Assembly: GCF_000981445.1 (NCBI RefSeq)
Contig: NC_027216.1
Coordinates: forward strand, 310,001 to 374,000
Direction: 5' to 3'
DNA length: 64,000 bases
DNA from: Babesia bigemina
Lineage: Eukaryota
A program made the translations under genes and the position numbers. A model generated the notes under the pieces. It did not search any database. It saw nothing but the letters and a program-made list of their open reading frames with translations, and was not told where the DNA came from. This document shows, piece after piece, positions 35,822 through 48,688 of the stretch (its first letter is position 1; each line of letters starts with the position of its first letter).

Positions 35822-37073
35822 TCAATCGTCAAGTGACGCAACTATGGAGGTGAAACGAATAATATTTGGTTCTATGACAAAAACTTCCTCACGCATTATA
35901 ACTCCTACGCGCTGTGCTATTATTACGCGCATTTGTTTAGTAAGGACTCACCAGCAATAAGTCATAGGGTGCCGTTTTACCGTGATTTATCGGAAAGTTC
36001 AATCTTCCGTCCTGTGGTTGCTTCGTTATTTGTTAAAGTTTTATATCCATACCAGTTCATATAGATCTCCATCAACAACTACAAATGTCACATAGTGCGA
36101 TGCAACCTTTTCTGAGTTGGGTGTAAACGAGAAGTGTACCCACCTCCTCGTGTTCATTAGATACGGCAGACTGTCCTTTCCTTCCGAACTTGGCATGCAA
36201 CTCATGGACTTGTTTCGTATTATTGATAACCTGGAGTGTTTAATAAGTTCAATAACATTGCCTACTATTCCCCTTTCCTGCGGCGACGCATGCAATGTTT
36301 GGCGTCTTATATGACGAAAGATGGAATCATTTGTGATGTGTCGATTTTCACTTATATTGTTGAGTAGGTGAAGCAGGGCGTATGTTCCGCACTGGTTGCG
36401 TAGATTCTGTGTCTCAATATCCACGATTTGTTGCCGCAAACCTGGTATGCGAACCACACGTTTGGCGACACATGTTTTTGCACCGTGTATCTCTCGTTTG
36501 TTTCTCGATACTTAGTTATCTATGTGTCGATGTTTGCAACCGTATGGTGTATGTTTACCTTATCAGTGAACGGTATCGTGACAATGACGCCTACTATTGG
36601 CCGTTTCACCTGCGTGGTTGACATAAGCATTTAACGTTGGTTCGAGCATTCGATTCTTTTTCAGCCTTCACATAATCACAGAGAATACAATGCAGGCTAT
36701 GTTGCCGATTTACAATTTTTGTAGTTAATCTCTAAGCAATATCCGCCACGCTCGCGCTGACCAGTTTTAGTTATGAACCTATCGTTACGCAGAGTATATG
36801 ACGTATGTAGCTCATATTCCACGCCTACATGTCACTACGTCCACGCACAAGCCATTCGTGTATTTATCGGGTTTTACAAACCTGGAAACTACGAGGGGAA
36901 CATACGGGCCAAATAAGTCAGTGATCACTCACCATATCGTACGCCCAAGATTCCCATGCCGGGAGGTCTGCAAAAACTAGTTTGCGTTGCCCTAATGCCG
37001 CGGCGTATTCGCTGAAAATGATCGGGCAGGCCTCCAACGGAGCGAATCTGCGTACCACCGTATTCCGGGTCAT
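35822..37073 (-). CDS. Ubiquitin C-terminal hydrolase (peptidase C12, UCH-L3-like), multi-exon
   Basis: Exons read FAPLEACP, QNLRNQCGTYALLHLLNN, HYVTFV..DGDLYEL|DGRLNFPINHG; catalytic Q/C/H/D present. Confidence 0.88.
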
Positions 37074-37901
37074 GATGTGTGCATCCTTTCAGCTACCGTC
37101 CACATATACAGCCACATATACGCAACCAATCTATCATAAAGACCATTTTTATATGACGGGCACGACTCAACGTGCTAGTAAATTGTACTATGGCTACGCA
37201 TGGCCCCAGCACCTCCGAAGTGGCCACAAATACATAGCGGTACAGTCCGAATGCATAATTCTAACCGAGTTTATTACTATCGCTATGCGGCTGAAAACAG
37301 AAAGTTGGAAAATGGCAAATCTCCATACTAAGCGCTATTCCATGTCACAAATCCGACGTGTGGACGCAACTAAATACAAAACACTCAAACGCAGCAATCA
37401 GCTACATTAGGTTTGTTGTAAACTGATGGGTGTTATAGTCAACAATCAGCTGAGACTTGACGTGTTGTCTGACTGAGCGTTATGCCTCGCGCGGCAAGGT
37501 GCTTATCTCTGCGTAAATAGACAAGTTACACACGCTTATATGATCAATAAATCCATTTTTGACATAAGAAGATAACAAAACTGTTGTACGGGCTCAGTTA
37601 GGGCTTTGGTTGTGTGTTACGGTACATCCCCATAGGAGGTGTCGTCGTGGAAACCACAGCGTATCTGGAAGCGCACCACTCTTTATCGGTCCCCTATCGT
37701 AAATACCAGCTTTGTCTCTACAGCGAAAACTAGGTATGTCCTGCTTGCCCGTTGGGATACGCTGAATTGTGCGGTGCCGGCCTCAGTCGCGTCGTCGTGC
37801 TGGGTTTTTTATCGGTATCGCCAGCGCCTGCGATTCAGTATATGCCATCTTAATTATACTGTAATCTACTGCATTAACGCTTTGCCAGGTGTTGTATAAA
37901 A

Positions 37902-38274
37902 ATGGCAAAGTCGAAGAACCACACGAATCACAACCAGGTTAGTTGCGTACGTTGGTTTTTGGCATTTTCGCGTAGATTCGCAAGGCCCATCGTAACGGTA
38001 TCAAGAAAGTGAGGATTCCCAGGAAGATTTCAACGAAGGGGGTACGTTTATTCACGGCCGTTTTTGCACAACTTCTCCATCGGTTGGCGGCTACAGCTCT
38101 GCGTTGTTTTCGCCGTCGAGGTGTTTTCTGGCTGCACTTAGTATGATGTTGTGCATTTCCGAGTCTCCTCGTTGTGAGAAGTTTACGATACCGCAGATGT
38201 GTCCCAAGTTCTTGCGCAACCAGAAGTTCTGCAAGAAGCACCTCTACACTCCTCAGGGTGAGGCGTCGAGCTGA
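37902..38274 (+). CDS. RPL29: 60S ribosomal protein L29 (eL29), three exons
   Basis: MAKSKNHTNHNQ | IRKAHRNGIKK...STKG | MCPKFLRNQKFCKK. Confidence 0.95.
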
Positions 38275-38666
38275 AGGCGCCTTTGTCGCACCTGATGTCG
38301 GTGCCATGGCCGCTATTCCGCGCCAGGGTATAAACTAAAGCGGTATGGGCTACGAATAACAGCCGGCGCCATTTTGGCGCCGAAGTAATGAATCTGGATG
38401 GCATTGCTTAGGTGTGTTTTGAGTGACAACTGGCCCTAGTTCAGCTAGCTGTGACGGTGTTGGCTATGTTTCCATTTATAATGCATTGGCGTGCAAAATG
38501 TCTTCCATGATGATGAAATTTAAACTACCCGATATAGCGGCTATATGCCGCTGTCTGTCGACGCCGTTTCGCAATATTTCCGCCGGCTAGGTGTAGCGTT
38601 TGAGGAACTCTGCGACTTTTCGTCGAGAGTGCAAAATATAACGATTAGTGAGGCCGATTGGTAATA

Positions 38667-38738
38667 TGGACCGGTCGGGATTCGAACCCGAGACCTTCCG
38701 CATGCAAAGCGGACGCGATACCCCTACGCCACCAGCCC
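38667..38738 (-). tRNA. tRNA-Ala (UGC)
   Basis: 72-nt cloverleaf GGGCTGG...CCGGTCCA; anticodon arm CCGC-TTTGCAT-GCGG; GTTCGAATC T-loop; G3:U70 pair. Confidence 0.95.
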
Positions 38739-38855
38739 CGCTGTGCGGGCCGCTTATTGTTGTACGAAGATCCGTTATCGTAAGTGCAATGTCATTCTTG
38801 TTATCGGGTTACGCTTTTTATGGCAACAAGGCGGGTGTCTTTGTCATGACAGATT

Positions 38856-40090
38856 ATGGGTGATTTCAAGGTCACATTTCCCGGTGATGTCGTCGATAAC
38901 CAGGCGGCTTCGCTGTTGCAGGGTCGGGGCACGTATGTCGACGACGGCAAGCTAAAATCGTCGTTCTTAGGGACTTTTAAAAAGGTAGGATACCTCCACA
39001 ATATTGCAGTAGTTGCGTATTGAGGGGTGTGTATGGCCAACAGCCGTAAAAGGAGCACACATCGCTGTGTGATTCTGCGGCAGTCTTCGACCAAAAATGT
39101 GCTTACATCGCCCACAGCGGCGGATATTAATTATAGGTTGTAACGTATCTTTGCTGTTTCCGTTTGTCTCATTCTGTCTATAGGTGAGATTCGGATTCCA
39201 GACCTTCGATTGCCATATGGGATGTTGGCCGATTGTCTCTGCCACTTCTTTGCATTTGGCATTTCCTATGAATCATTTGAGCTGTTTTTGCGAGTGCTGT
39301 GTCATCATTTGGCTGTATGCTGTAACCGCCGTGATTTTTTGCACACTCCTGTTTTAGGTCGATAAGCTGGCTTATGTGGAGCCGCTGCATGGCAAATACT
39401 TCGCTCAAGTCGGTGATGTCGTCGTAGGGGTGGTTCAGAAGATTGGTGGAAACTGCTGGTACATCGACATAGGTTCATCAATGCGTGTACAGCTGTCGAT
39501 CCTGCAGGTGAACACCGAGGAACTTGCAAACCGGCGGAAATTGGAAGAAGATGTCTACGAAATGCGGAATATTTTCGACATCGGCGATGTCATATCGTGC
39601 GAAGTACAGCGTGTGTCGGTATGTTAGGACGATTTGTATTATAATCAAATGCAGCAAAACGGCACTGTTTTGCTGCAGACGCGTACCAGCAAATATGGCC
39701 GGTTGAGCAATGGCATCTTGGTCAAAGTGAAACCGAACCTGATGCTACGCCAGAGCAGGCACATGCATGACCTCCCATTTGGAGCTAGCCTGATATTGGG
39801 ATGCAATGGTTTGTGCTGATGCGCCATCTTTTCACGCGTGTTTAGGTTTCATATGGCTGTCGCCTTCGGATGAGCGTAATGACACCACTGTCAAGGCACA
39901 AATGTACTACGATATCTGCACGCTTCGCCGTATAATATTATATCTAGCTGGTCTAGGTATTCAAATCAGCTACACAATTATGTGTGACATCTTCGACTTT
40001 TTTAAACGGCATTGCCCCAGCGATAGCACTCTGTCGAAGGAGTACGCTGCGCAGTTGGTGGAGTTGTATCTATCCGAGAATAGCAAGTAG
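38856..40090 (+). CDS. RRP4: Exosome complex component RRP4 (EXOSC2), multi-exon
   Basis: FPGD..GRGTY; VEPL.GKY..QVGDVVVG; EMRNIFDIGDVISCEVQ; LQTRTSKYGRLSNG; ILGCNGFIW. Confidence 0.92.
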
Positions 40091-40814
40091 TTCTATGGTG
40101 CAATGCCACTTTACATAACGTTCGGCTAATTCTAGCTCAATTGTTTCATATTGATTGTCTGGAAGTGGGGCTGCGCTTCACGCCCATTTAGATGACTGGG
40201 CACAGGTGAGGCCTTTCTGCGTGCTTCAAAAGATAACGTTTTCACGTTACACAAGCACAAACCTACCAATGTGTTTTCCCACAGTTTGGAAATGTGTCCC
40301 TAGTACGAATTCATACCATGTTCATATTTTGGTTCAAATACTTGCTCAACGTGATACAGCACTGCTTGTTATTATTATGTTGTCGTATCCTATATTGTGC
40401 GATGTGGCTACGTGCCTTGAGCCGGTTCTCGGTTTGGCGTTGCTGCCGCCTCACGCTGAATTTGGTTGAGGGCTCCTCCCTTTCCTGTTGCCGAGCGCTA
40501 CTGGTGCCATCCATGCGGGCACCCATTATGTTCTGCTATAAGGGCGATTCACAATGTAGTAATAATATACGGGAGTCACATACCCTATCACGTAGGGCAT
40601 CTCTTAGAATCGTATTATAGTTGAACACCCTCCCTCTGATCTCCTTTACCAGTTCTTCGTACATCCGCAACTTGCGCGTCTCTATCTCCACCAGATTTAC
40701 TTATTTACTCGTTTTCATTTCCAGACTAGTGATGCTATTCATCTGTAGCCTGTACCTATATTATGTCATGTTGGTTATATGCCTTGAGTTGCAGAGGGGT
40801 ACTTCCTTCTAGGG

Positions 40815-40885
40815 CAGAGTGCCGCTGTGTGACCAAAGGTATCGTCCTGTCGACCATCCAAATCGAGAATTACTACGCCAAGTAA
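40815..40885 (+). pseudogene. Isolated 3' fragment of a 6-Cys-like gene at the left edge of cassette 3
   Basis: Translates AECRCVTKGIVLSTIQIENYYAK*, homologous to the C-terminus at ~27090-27165 (-). Confidence 0.8.
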
Positions 40886-41810
40886 TTGGTGACTATGGTG
40901 TGATAACTTGTTTGTCAATCACAGACTTTAATTGTCATACGTCACGTTGGTCGATCTGCTGGTTTGTGTCTTCAGTGAGAGCATTGCTTTGGGTAGAGTG
41001 TTGCAATTGTTATTGCCAGTCTAACGACATGTTCTTGTGTTGTCGTGGATTTTTGTAACTAGTGTGAACGGCCGTGGACCCGGTGAAGATTGTGCTGTGG
41101 AATTACATGTCACCACACCTTAGTTGTGCATTGTTTACCGCAGGCATCAGGAAGATGCAATTTGGAGGTTTGCATATCATTTCGCATTTTGAAACCTCTA
41201 CAATGCCCTTAACACACGACAAAGAGCAATACGTGGTACCTAGAATGGGACTTCACTGACGCCCCCAATTTGGGTGAGCAACTGCTGCGGCGGTGCCTGA
41301 GCACGTTGGTCGACCTCTGGGAGTGGCGGCTAGACCGTGTGGCTTTCACCCTATATAGGCGAATCTCGGTGAATATTTGCCTATGTATGAGTTAATCTTC
41401 AGGGTGGTGGCATTTATTGTCAGCATCGTGATAAGCCTCGAAGTCGTAACCCCAGACTGCACCCCAGCAGAGCCCTTGAGGGGCGCCCCGCAAACATAGC
41501 TACCCACTCATTCGTAACCCCTAGAAGGTTGCAACGAGCGTGCACACAATACAATCTTACGTGAAGCATTGGCGTTCCTCTCGCTTAAAATCAGGTGAGT
41601 CTATTTTAATACTTATCATGCTGGCGCAGTAACTAGACGATACATCTGTCAGCGGTGAATACGACGTGTTTTGAGGGCGGCGAGCTTCAGGAACACGTTT
41701 CGAGAGCACACGTCGACGACAGTCTGTCTTTCGTTTGAACAAAAACCATTTAGCTATACATCCGTGGCCAATTATTTCGCATTATTACGTTTGAATCGGT
41801 TGATTGCGAG

Positions 41811-43274
41811 ATGGCGGATTCTTCAGGGGACAAGCCAACCCACCTGGCAACGACTGTTTCTTTCGGTAAGGGTGAGGAAGGAAATGAAGGTATCTGTGGG
41901 ACATACAAGGGTAGCACAAAAATAGAACATGAGGGCACTAACGAGGACGAAATGAGCTCACAAGGAGCTGCTACAAGACGCATACTCGCGTCAAAAGAAG
42001 CGGTTAAAAGAAGCATACTCGCGTCAAAAGAAGCGGTTAGAAGACGCAAACTCGAGTCAAAAGAAGCGGCTACAATAGGCTTACTCGAGTCAAAAGAAGC
42101 GGTTAGAAGCGTCCTACTCGCGTCGAAAGCAGCGTTTAGAGGCGGCCCATTCTCGTCACGAGACGCGTGTATGATGAACATAAGGGCGTCAAAAGAATCG
42201 GTTGGAAGACGCATACTCGCGTCAAAAGAAGCGGTTAGAAGACGCAAACTCGCGTCAAAAGAAGCGATTAGAAGACGCAAACTCGCGTCACAAGAAGAGG
42301 TTATAATAGACATACACGCGTCAAAAAAGGCGGTTATAAGAGACATACACGCGTCGAAAATAGCGGTTATAAGCGACATACTCGCGTCAAAAGAAGCGGT
42401 TAGAAGACGCAAACTCGCGTCACAAGAAGAGGTTATAATAGACATACACGCGTCAAAAAAGGCGGTTATAAGAGACATACACGCGTCGAAAATAGCGGTT
42501 ATAAGCGACATATTCGCGTCGAAAGATGCGATTATAGGCGACATACACGCGTCACTAGCAGCGGGTATAAGAGACATACTCGCGTCACAAGCAGCGGCAA
42601 CAAGCGGCACACTCGCGCCACAAGCAGCGGGTATAAGAGACATATTCCCGTCACTAGCAGCTGTTGCACCCCCCCCATTCATTCCACAAGTGCCTGTTGC
42701 ACGCCGTGAATCCTTGCCACAAGAGGCTGTTGCAGGCGCCACACCCTCATCAGAAATAGCGGGTGCAAGCGGCAAACGTCCACACGCAGAGGTAACAAGA
42801 GGCATACTCGCGTCAAACGAAGCGGTTAGAGGCGACACAATCTCGCCAGAAGCAGCGGGTAGCGGCGCCGGCAAAGATGATTCAGAAGCAGGATATAAGG
42901 ATAAATGTCGTAAAACTTTGCGTAAATTCCGGAAGCCTATAAAGAAACGTTTCCGTTTTCGTAGTGAGTATGACCGCAACTCTAGCAGCACTTCTGAGAG
43001 TTGCGGTAGTAGAAATATGGAACAGGTTATCATTGACACTGCCAACTATGCCGAAGACATAAGCACTTTTGTCAAGCATATTGCGGAGAATCTAGACCGG
43101 CTGATTCATTTTGGACCTCCCCCCCAAAAGCACCATTCAGAACGTGACAAAAACGACAATGCGCGTGAAGACGTGGAACAGAGTTCAAACGACACGTTCA
43201 GTGCAGGCAGTGAGGATGGTACAGAGGATCTTCCGCCTGAAGACCATAATTCTGAGAGTGAAGGAGGCTTGTAA
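41811..43274 (+). CDS. 11-aa-repeat protein (cassette 3), 487 aa, longest/intact copy
   Basis: Shared N-terminus; ASKEAVRRRKL-type repeats; basic stretch RKTLRKFRKPIKKRFRFR; acidic tail. Confidence 0.7.
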   Translation: MADSSGDKPTHLATTVSFGKGEEGNEGICGTYKGSTKIEHEGTNEDEMSSQGAATRRILASKEAVKRSILASKEAVRRRKLESKEAATIGLLESKEAVRSVLLASKAAFRGGPFSSRDACMMNIRASKESVGRRILASKEAVRRRKLASKEAIRRRKLASQEEVIIDIHASKKAVIRDIHASKIAVISDILASKEAVRRRKLASQEEVIIDIHASKKAVIRDIHASKIAVISDIFASKDAIIGDIHASLAAGIRDILASQAAATSGTLAPQAAGIRDIFPSLAAVAPPPFIPQVPVARRESLPQEAVAGATPSSEIAGASGKRPHAEVTRGILASNEAVRGDTISPEAAGSGAGKDDSEAGYKDKCRKTLRKFRKPIKKRFRFRSEYDRNSSSTSESCGSRNMEQVIIDTANYAEDISTFVKHIAENLDRLIHFGPPPQKHHSERDKNDNAREDVEQSSNDTFSAGSEDGTEDLPPEDHNSESEGGL

Positions 43275-44181
43275 ATAGCTCTTTGTACCCGCGGGAATCG
43301 CCACGTGAAGGTGGCAGCGTGGGCACGAACTATTCGACAGCCTGGATGAAGAAAAGACGGGGACGACGTTCACGCAGTGCTTCCTACCCTCCTTGTGCAC
43401 TTCACCCTTGCTGTACACGCTTACATCCAGTAATAACAAGCGCATATCACCTAAGCAGCAACTAGAAAGTAATGTATTACATGAAAGCGTCGGTTTATTT
43501 GTTTATGCTCTGGTCTGGCGATCGCTAAAGTCGGCAGCACGACAACGCCTTGTAAGATTCTAAAGAAACGTTTCCGTTTTCGTAGTGAGTATGACCGCAA
43601 CTCTAGCAGCACTTCTGAGAGTTGCGGTAGTAGAAATATGGAACAGGTTATCATTGACACTGCCAAATATGCCGAAGACATAAGCACTTTTGTCAAGCAT
43701 ATTGCGGAGAATCTAGACCGGCTGATTCATTTTGGACCTCCCCCCCAAAAGCACCATTCAGAACGTGACAAAAACGACAATGCGCGTGAAGACGTGGAAC
43801 AGAGTTCAAACGACACGTTCAGTGCAGGCAGTGAGGATGGTACAGAGGATCTTCCGCCTGAAGACCATAATTCTGAGAGTGAAGGAGGCTTGTAAATAGC
43901 TCTTTGCACCCGCGGGAATCGCCACGTGAAGGTGGCAGCGTGGGCACGAACTATTCGACAGCCTGGATGAAGAAAAGACGGGGACGACGTTCACGCAGTG
44001 CTTCCTACCCTCCTTGTGCACTTCACCCTTGCTGTACACGCTTACATCCAGTAATAACAAGCGCATATCACCTAAGCAGCAACTAGAAAGTAATGTAATA
44101 CATGAATGCGTCGGTTTATTTGTTTATGCTCTGGTCTGGCGATCGCTAAAGTCGGCAGCACGACAACGCCTTGTAAGATTC
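42940..44181 (+). repeat. Direct tandem duplication, 2 x 621 bp (42940-43560 / 43561-44181)
   Basis: Sequence restarts at taaagaaacgtttccg at 43561; paired ORFs in the track are offset by exactly 621. Confidence 0.95.
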
Positions 44182-45334
44182 GGTGACGCGTCCGCCAGAT
44201 GAATGTACGGAATGCGAATGATTGTTTGAGTACCCACGTGATGTGATATGTCGTGTCTCTTGAGGAATCGGTATGAATCTACTGCATCTTAATCCTACAC
44301 CGTGGTTCACACAGACCGTTGTTAGACCATTAGCGTGGTATATGGGTGCGGCGGAAACGTGGCAGCCTGAACTGGAAGCATGACCTTCAATTGAAATCCA
44401 AATGAGCTCACATTGGTATGGGCAAACGATATATGGGAATGTGTACAACTGCGGTTCAGGAATCCCGCCGTGGAAGATTGCGTCAAATTTCGAGATTCCC
44501 TCAGGCTTTATAGAATGTCGCATTGGAGCTGCAATGTTCCGCAATTAACACCTACTAGTAGAGCCGTACGATTAGTTTACAAACCAACAAACTATTCCCC
44601 CAAGAATACACATGAAGGACGCACACACACACGAGATCGTACGCATACACACAGCAGTACCAAACATAATTGTGCACTAGATTCTGCAGCAACAGCCGAT
44701 CACCGCTGATATGATGCCTGATTTAAAGGGAAGGCGACCAACGGTGCCATCATCTGAGGTTGTTACATGCCAAGAAACATTAGGAATCGCAGTTGCCGCA
44801 ATCACCTAAAGCACAACACAATTACGATACGCACGTTAGACAGTAGAAGAATCGTCTGACTCCGTCGCCGAATGATTGCGAGGTCGATCAACAGCGTGTA
44901 ACGCGCGACTCCATAAGCGCCGCAACACACCACTCGCAACCACTTGCAACCAATTGCAACATTGTTGAAATATCTACACATTGTCACACATTGATTCAAC
45001 ACGCAGAGCTACTGTATACGCCTTTTTGGCCCAAACATATGCACGTCTATCACTCGCGCTTTACATAGTACATGCCACGCTATTTGTCTAGAACTGGCTG
45101 CGATACGGCACTTTTGGCATGAGTGCAGTGCCCGAAATTGACTATTTTGTGCGTTGACGGATTTGCAGATTGTGATAAATTACTGGTGTATTGGAAGGCA
45201 AAGGCATTTGGGTTGTCCGTCTCCTCGATTAGGACACAGGTGCTTCAATACGCTTTCTGTCTTATATACTGTTCTGCAGACAGCGTAACAACACATGTTT
45301 ATAGAGGTCACCTTATCAGAAGAATCTTTGCAAA

Positions 45335-46205
45335 ATGGAATTGCATTCGTTGATTGCGGCTCCTCGCAACCTGAAGGAGGGAATTGACTGGTTGATGGCC
45401 TTGAAGGGAGATGATGCTAAAAGAAACGTAGCAGCATTGTGTGCCGCACTCTTCAGTTCCCTGGCAGACAAAACTGTTGACAAGATGGAGATGCCAGCCC
45501 TCGAAGAAGTTAAACATGTTACTAAAGTTCCTGGATCAACCGGAGCTTGCGAACCAGTGGTTCGTAGGAGGGCTGGTTAAACGGTGCAACGACCTTATTA
45601 ATAAATCACCTGGAGGGTTAGCTAAGTACTTTCGGGTTGTTGACGAATCCGATGAGAACGTCGTAAAGGGCAAGGGCATCACTGCTGGAGCCATTGTGGA
45701 GAACCTTGACAAAGTTGTTCATGGTACCGAGATATTCTTGGATGATATTAAAAGCCCAGGCGAATACGAGTCTGCTTACAGTCCAGAGGCTGCGTGGAGT
45801 AAATCATGTACCCAAAAGCCGGAAGATTGCGCAGCTGTCTTCGTGGGTATTGCGCCCATGTTACGGGCAAGCATATCATCTTTGAATGCTGCTGTGTTTG
45901 CTGCGAAATTGAGATTGCCGCCGTTTATTGCTTGTAAGCGTATGCAGCAGTTGACACAAGCATTGGGTTACGTAGAGCCACAACGCCGCGCTGGCATGAG
46001 TGGGTTTGATGTCCCCAAAGCGTTGAGAGGTCTATATTTACGAACACTGATAACGCTATGCGACTTCACAGGATTCTGGGCTTTCTGTGGATCGAATAAT
46101 CCTGATTTGGGAGCTGGTAAACATGGAAACTATCCGGTATCGGAAGTTGATTTTGACGTTAACATGAAGCCCATAGACGCTTCCATGAAGATAGGATTCC
46201 GCTGA
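45335..46205 (+). pseudogene. Mosaic VESA-like gene with 2-nt frameshift (~45523) and extended C-terminus
   Basis: actaaagttc versus actaaaaagttc in the 22710 copy; split ORFs 45335-45580 and 45441-46205; GFWAF followed by ~39 extra aa. Confidence 0.85.
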
Positions 46206-47335
46206 CCGTCTAGCACATACACTGCGCTCGGGTCGGGTAACATGTATTATCCCGGTACGCCCACAGTATCTGATTTAGGAGCGGCTATTCCACTTTGATG
46301 GGCTACATGTCATGTTTATTCGGCTTGTCGTAGGGCCTATTCTCACACCGCTTATTAAGTATGTGTTGATATAAGTGTAAATCCCCTACGCCTATTGTTG
46401 TAAACTGCTAATCGGTTAAACTAATAAGTACAGCAGTAAGCAATGCCGTGGACGTATTTATAAGCTTATTCGTGGCCGTAGTGCAGGATTCCGCCCGGCA
46501 ATCCGCCCATATCGGTAAATAGTGGGAATGTTTGACAAGCCATCCGTATGTCTGAGGAAGACCATCGTCATCGTGCATATCGGAATGACTAATCAAAACC
46601 ATCTTGCGTGAGAGACATTAGGCATCTGAACCACGTAGACGGCGGAGTATCTCAAATGGGCAGTTCGAACCAAGTGCCGAGTTTCAATACGCCAATCCAT
46701 CCGACGTGGAACACGAAACCCAGGCTACTATGACTGTGAATAGTCACATTGCCCAGAAAGGGTGGATACCATCACGGATTGGACGCCTGATATTCGTAAT
46801 CAGCACGACGTTGAGCTGGCAGTTTATATAAATGGCGCGAAGGTAGTGAGACGAGTTAGCGGCAGCGGCTGACATGGTCAAACATGTCCAGATACGATGC
46901 CATACAACCTGAAACAAAGATTAGTATATTCCTGTGTATATGCTTATATTGTGGACGCTGGCATCATCTTTGCTCGTTTGTTATTGCACGGTGAGGCATT
47001 TTCTTATAGGCTCTCTTCGCCCTTATGATCCAGTTTTGTGGGCGGGGATGGTATTTCCACTAGACGCTCGATTACTTCTCGGTCAAATCCTTCCACTTAA
47101 GAATATGGCCGCCATGCAACAAATCGATTGTGGCATCCAATACCGTAAACAGCGTTCTAGTAGCACAAGCATCGTGCAAGTTCGATGTCGTTGGATGCAT
47201 CACATTTAAAAAGTTTCATGTCCCGAGCGAGGTCAAATTCAAAGCAACTGATGATATGTAGTCATGTTCCACGCTAACACATATAAAAGATACTTTTACG
47301 GCATATGTATGAAGTGAGGAGGGGTCTTGAAAAAT

Positions 47336-47407
47336 TGGACTCGTCGGGAATCGAACCCGAGATCTTTCGCATGCGAAGCGAACGTGATACCACTACACCA
47401 CAAGCCC
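47336..47407 (-). tRNA. tRNA-Ala (CGC)
   Basis: 72-nt cloverleaf GGGCTTG...CGAGTCCA; anticodon arm TTCGC-TTCGCAT-GCGAA; followed by TTTTT Pol III terminator. Confidence 0.95.
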
Positions 47408-47529
47408 GTGTCACAGGGGGCCATTTTAATTATCGACCTGCGCAATTTCGAGTAAGCTAGGTCGAAACGCTGTGAAGCGCGCCTTACAATGCTCGGCAAC
47501 GCAGCGTCGCACACATTGAGTATTTTGGG

Positions 47530-48392
47530 ATGGCATCCAGGAGAGGCGGTAATGTGACAGCGACGACGAAGACGATATATTACCATAGCGCAATTGGTAC
47601 ACACCGTCTTCATCCGCGTCCGCTCAAAAACATCCTCTATCCCTACTATTGGCAGTACAAACCTGTATACCGTGCCCGTAATCCACGTACTCCTCGTATG
47701 TGTCACACATTACCGCACACAACGCTCAGAGTACTACTGGCCAAGCATAGACAAGTACCCATGGCATTCACATCAGAAACGCTTTCCCAAGCCGGAGGAC
47801 ATAACTATAAGCATATTTTCCGATTTTGCGCGGCGTGAGCCCCAAATTCGCACGTTATTCGAAACGCTGCATCCGCTGCCTCTCCACGGAGTCAACTGCC
47901 TACTGTGGAAAACCGATCGCCGCAGCGCCAACGAGAACTATCGCAATGTACATAACGACGGTCATTCGGATAGTTCGTGCTCAAGCACCGATACAGGCCG
48001 GGTCGTGAGCGTGAATGGGAAGTTTTACGTCACCGACATGGTCACCAGGAACAACCTGTGCTACATGGTAAAACACGTACAATTCAAGGTGCGAAACACT
48101 ATCACCCAGCACGTCACATGCTACGCAGCTGCGACCCTTCAAGGCCAGGGTATTAGCGGACCTATATGCAGTCGGAGAGGCGAACGGAGGCAGATGCGAT
48201 GTAGCGACGGCAACACTGCTACGACAAAATGTGAGCCCAGTCGGATCCGTCAGAGGCGAATGGCGATGGTCGCCTCCGTACAAGACCGGTAAAGGCGCGG
48301 ATGGAGATGCGGCCGATGTGGAAAGGCTGAGTGTAGAAAATCCGTATCTCTACATTTACGGACTCAAGGAATACGCCGCCACTACAACATGA
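47530..48392 (+). CDS. Hypothetical protein, multi-exon
   Basis: Open exons (IHVLLVCVTHY...HVQFK | LRPFKARVLADLY...YGLKEYAATTT*) joined by a GT-AG intron near 48090-48130; start uncertain. Confidence 0.55.
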
Positions 48393-48688
48393 TAAGTATA
48401 ACCAATTCAAATGAGCAGTTCGCGTCTATTTATAGTAATTTAGCTGCCGTTTTTTGCCTCATGTCTCCGCCGCGCAGTCGGTCGGCCTGTCACACACACA
48501 GGAGGTCACGGCTCACGACCAGAACGTATGGTTAAACCCGCACCAAAGCGTCTGCGGATTCAATATACACACATCGCATCAAAGCGGTTCGCGGGTGCTA
48601 TTCCCATCCAGAGTATCTCTTTACTGGTGCACTCTTCGCTTCCAAGGGTGGAGCGAATCGCGGCAGAGCCAGAGCAAACGCGAACGCC

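Larger units (their letters stand above)
40815..46205 (+). repeat. Composite cassette copy 3
   Basis: 40815-41810 matches ~26160-27165 inverted; spacer matches 32500-34200. Confidence 0.85.

Noticed and set aside
38500..38560. Possible C/D box snoRNA (ATGATGA plus small hairpin)
   Set aside because: No matching D box (CTGA) or terminal stem at a suitable distance
22096..46205. Cassette as an autonomous transposon or retroelement
   Set aside because: No transposase, integrase or RT motifs, LTRs, TIRs or target-site duplications seen; copy boundaries differ
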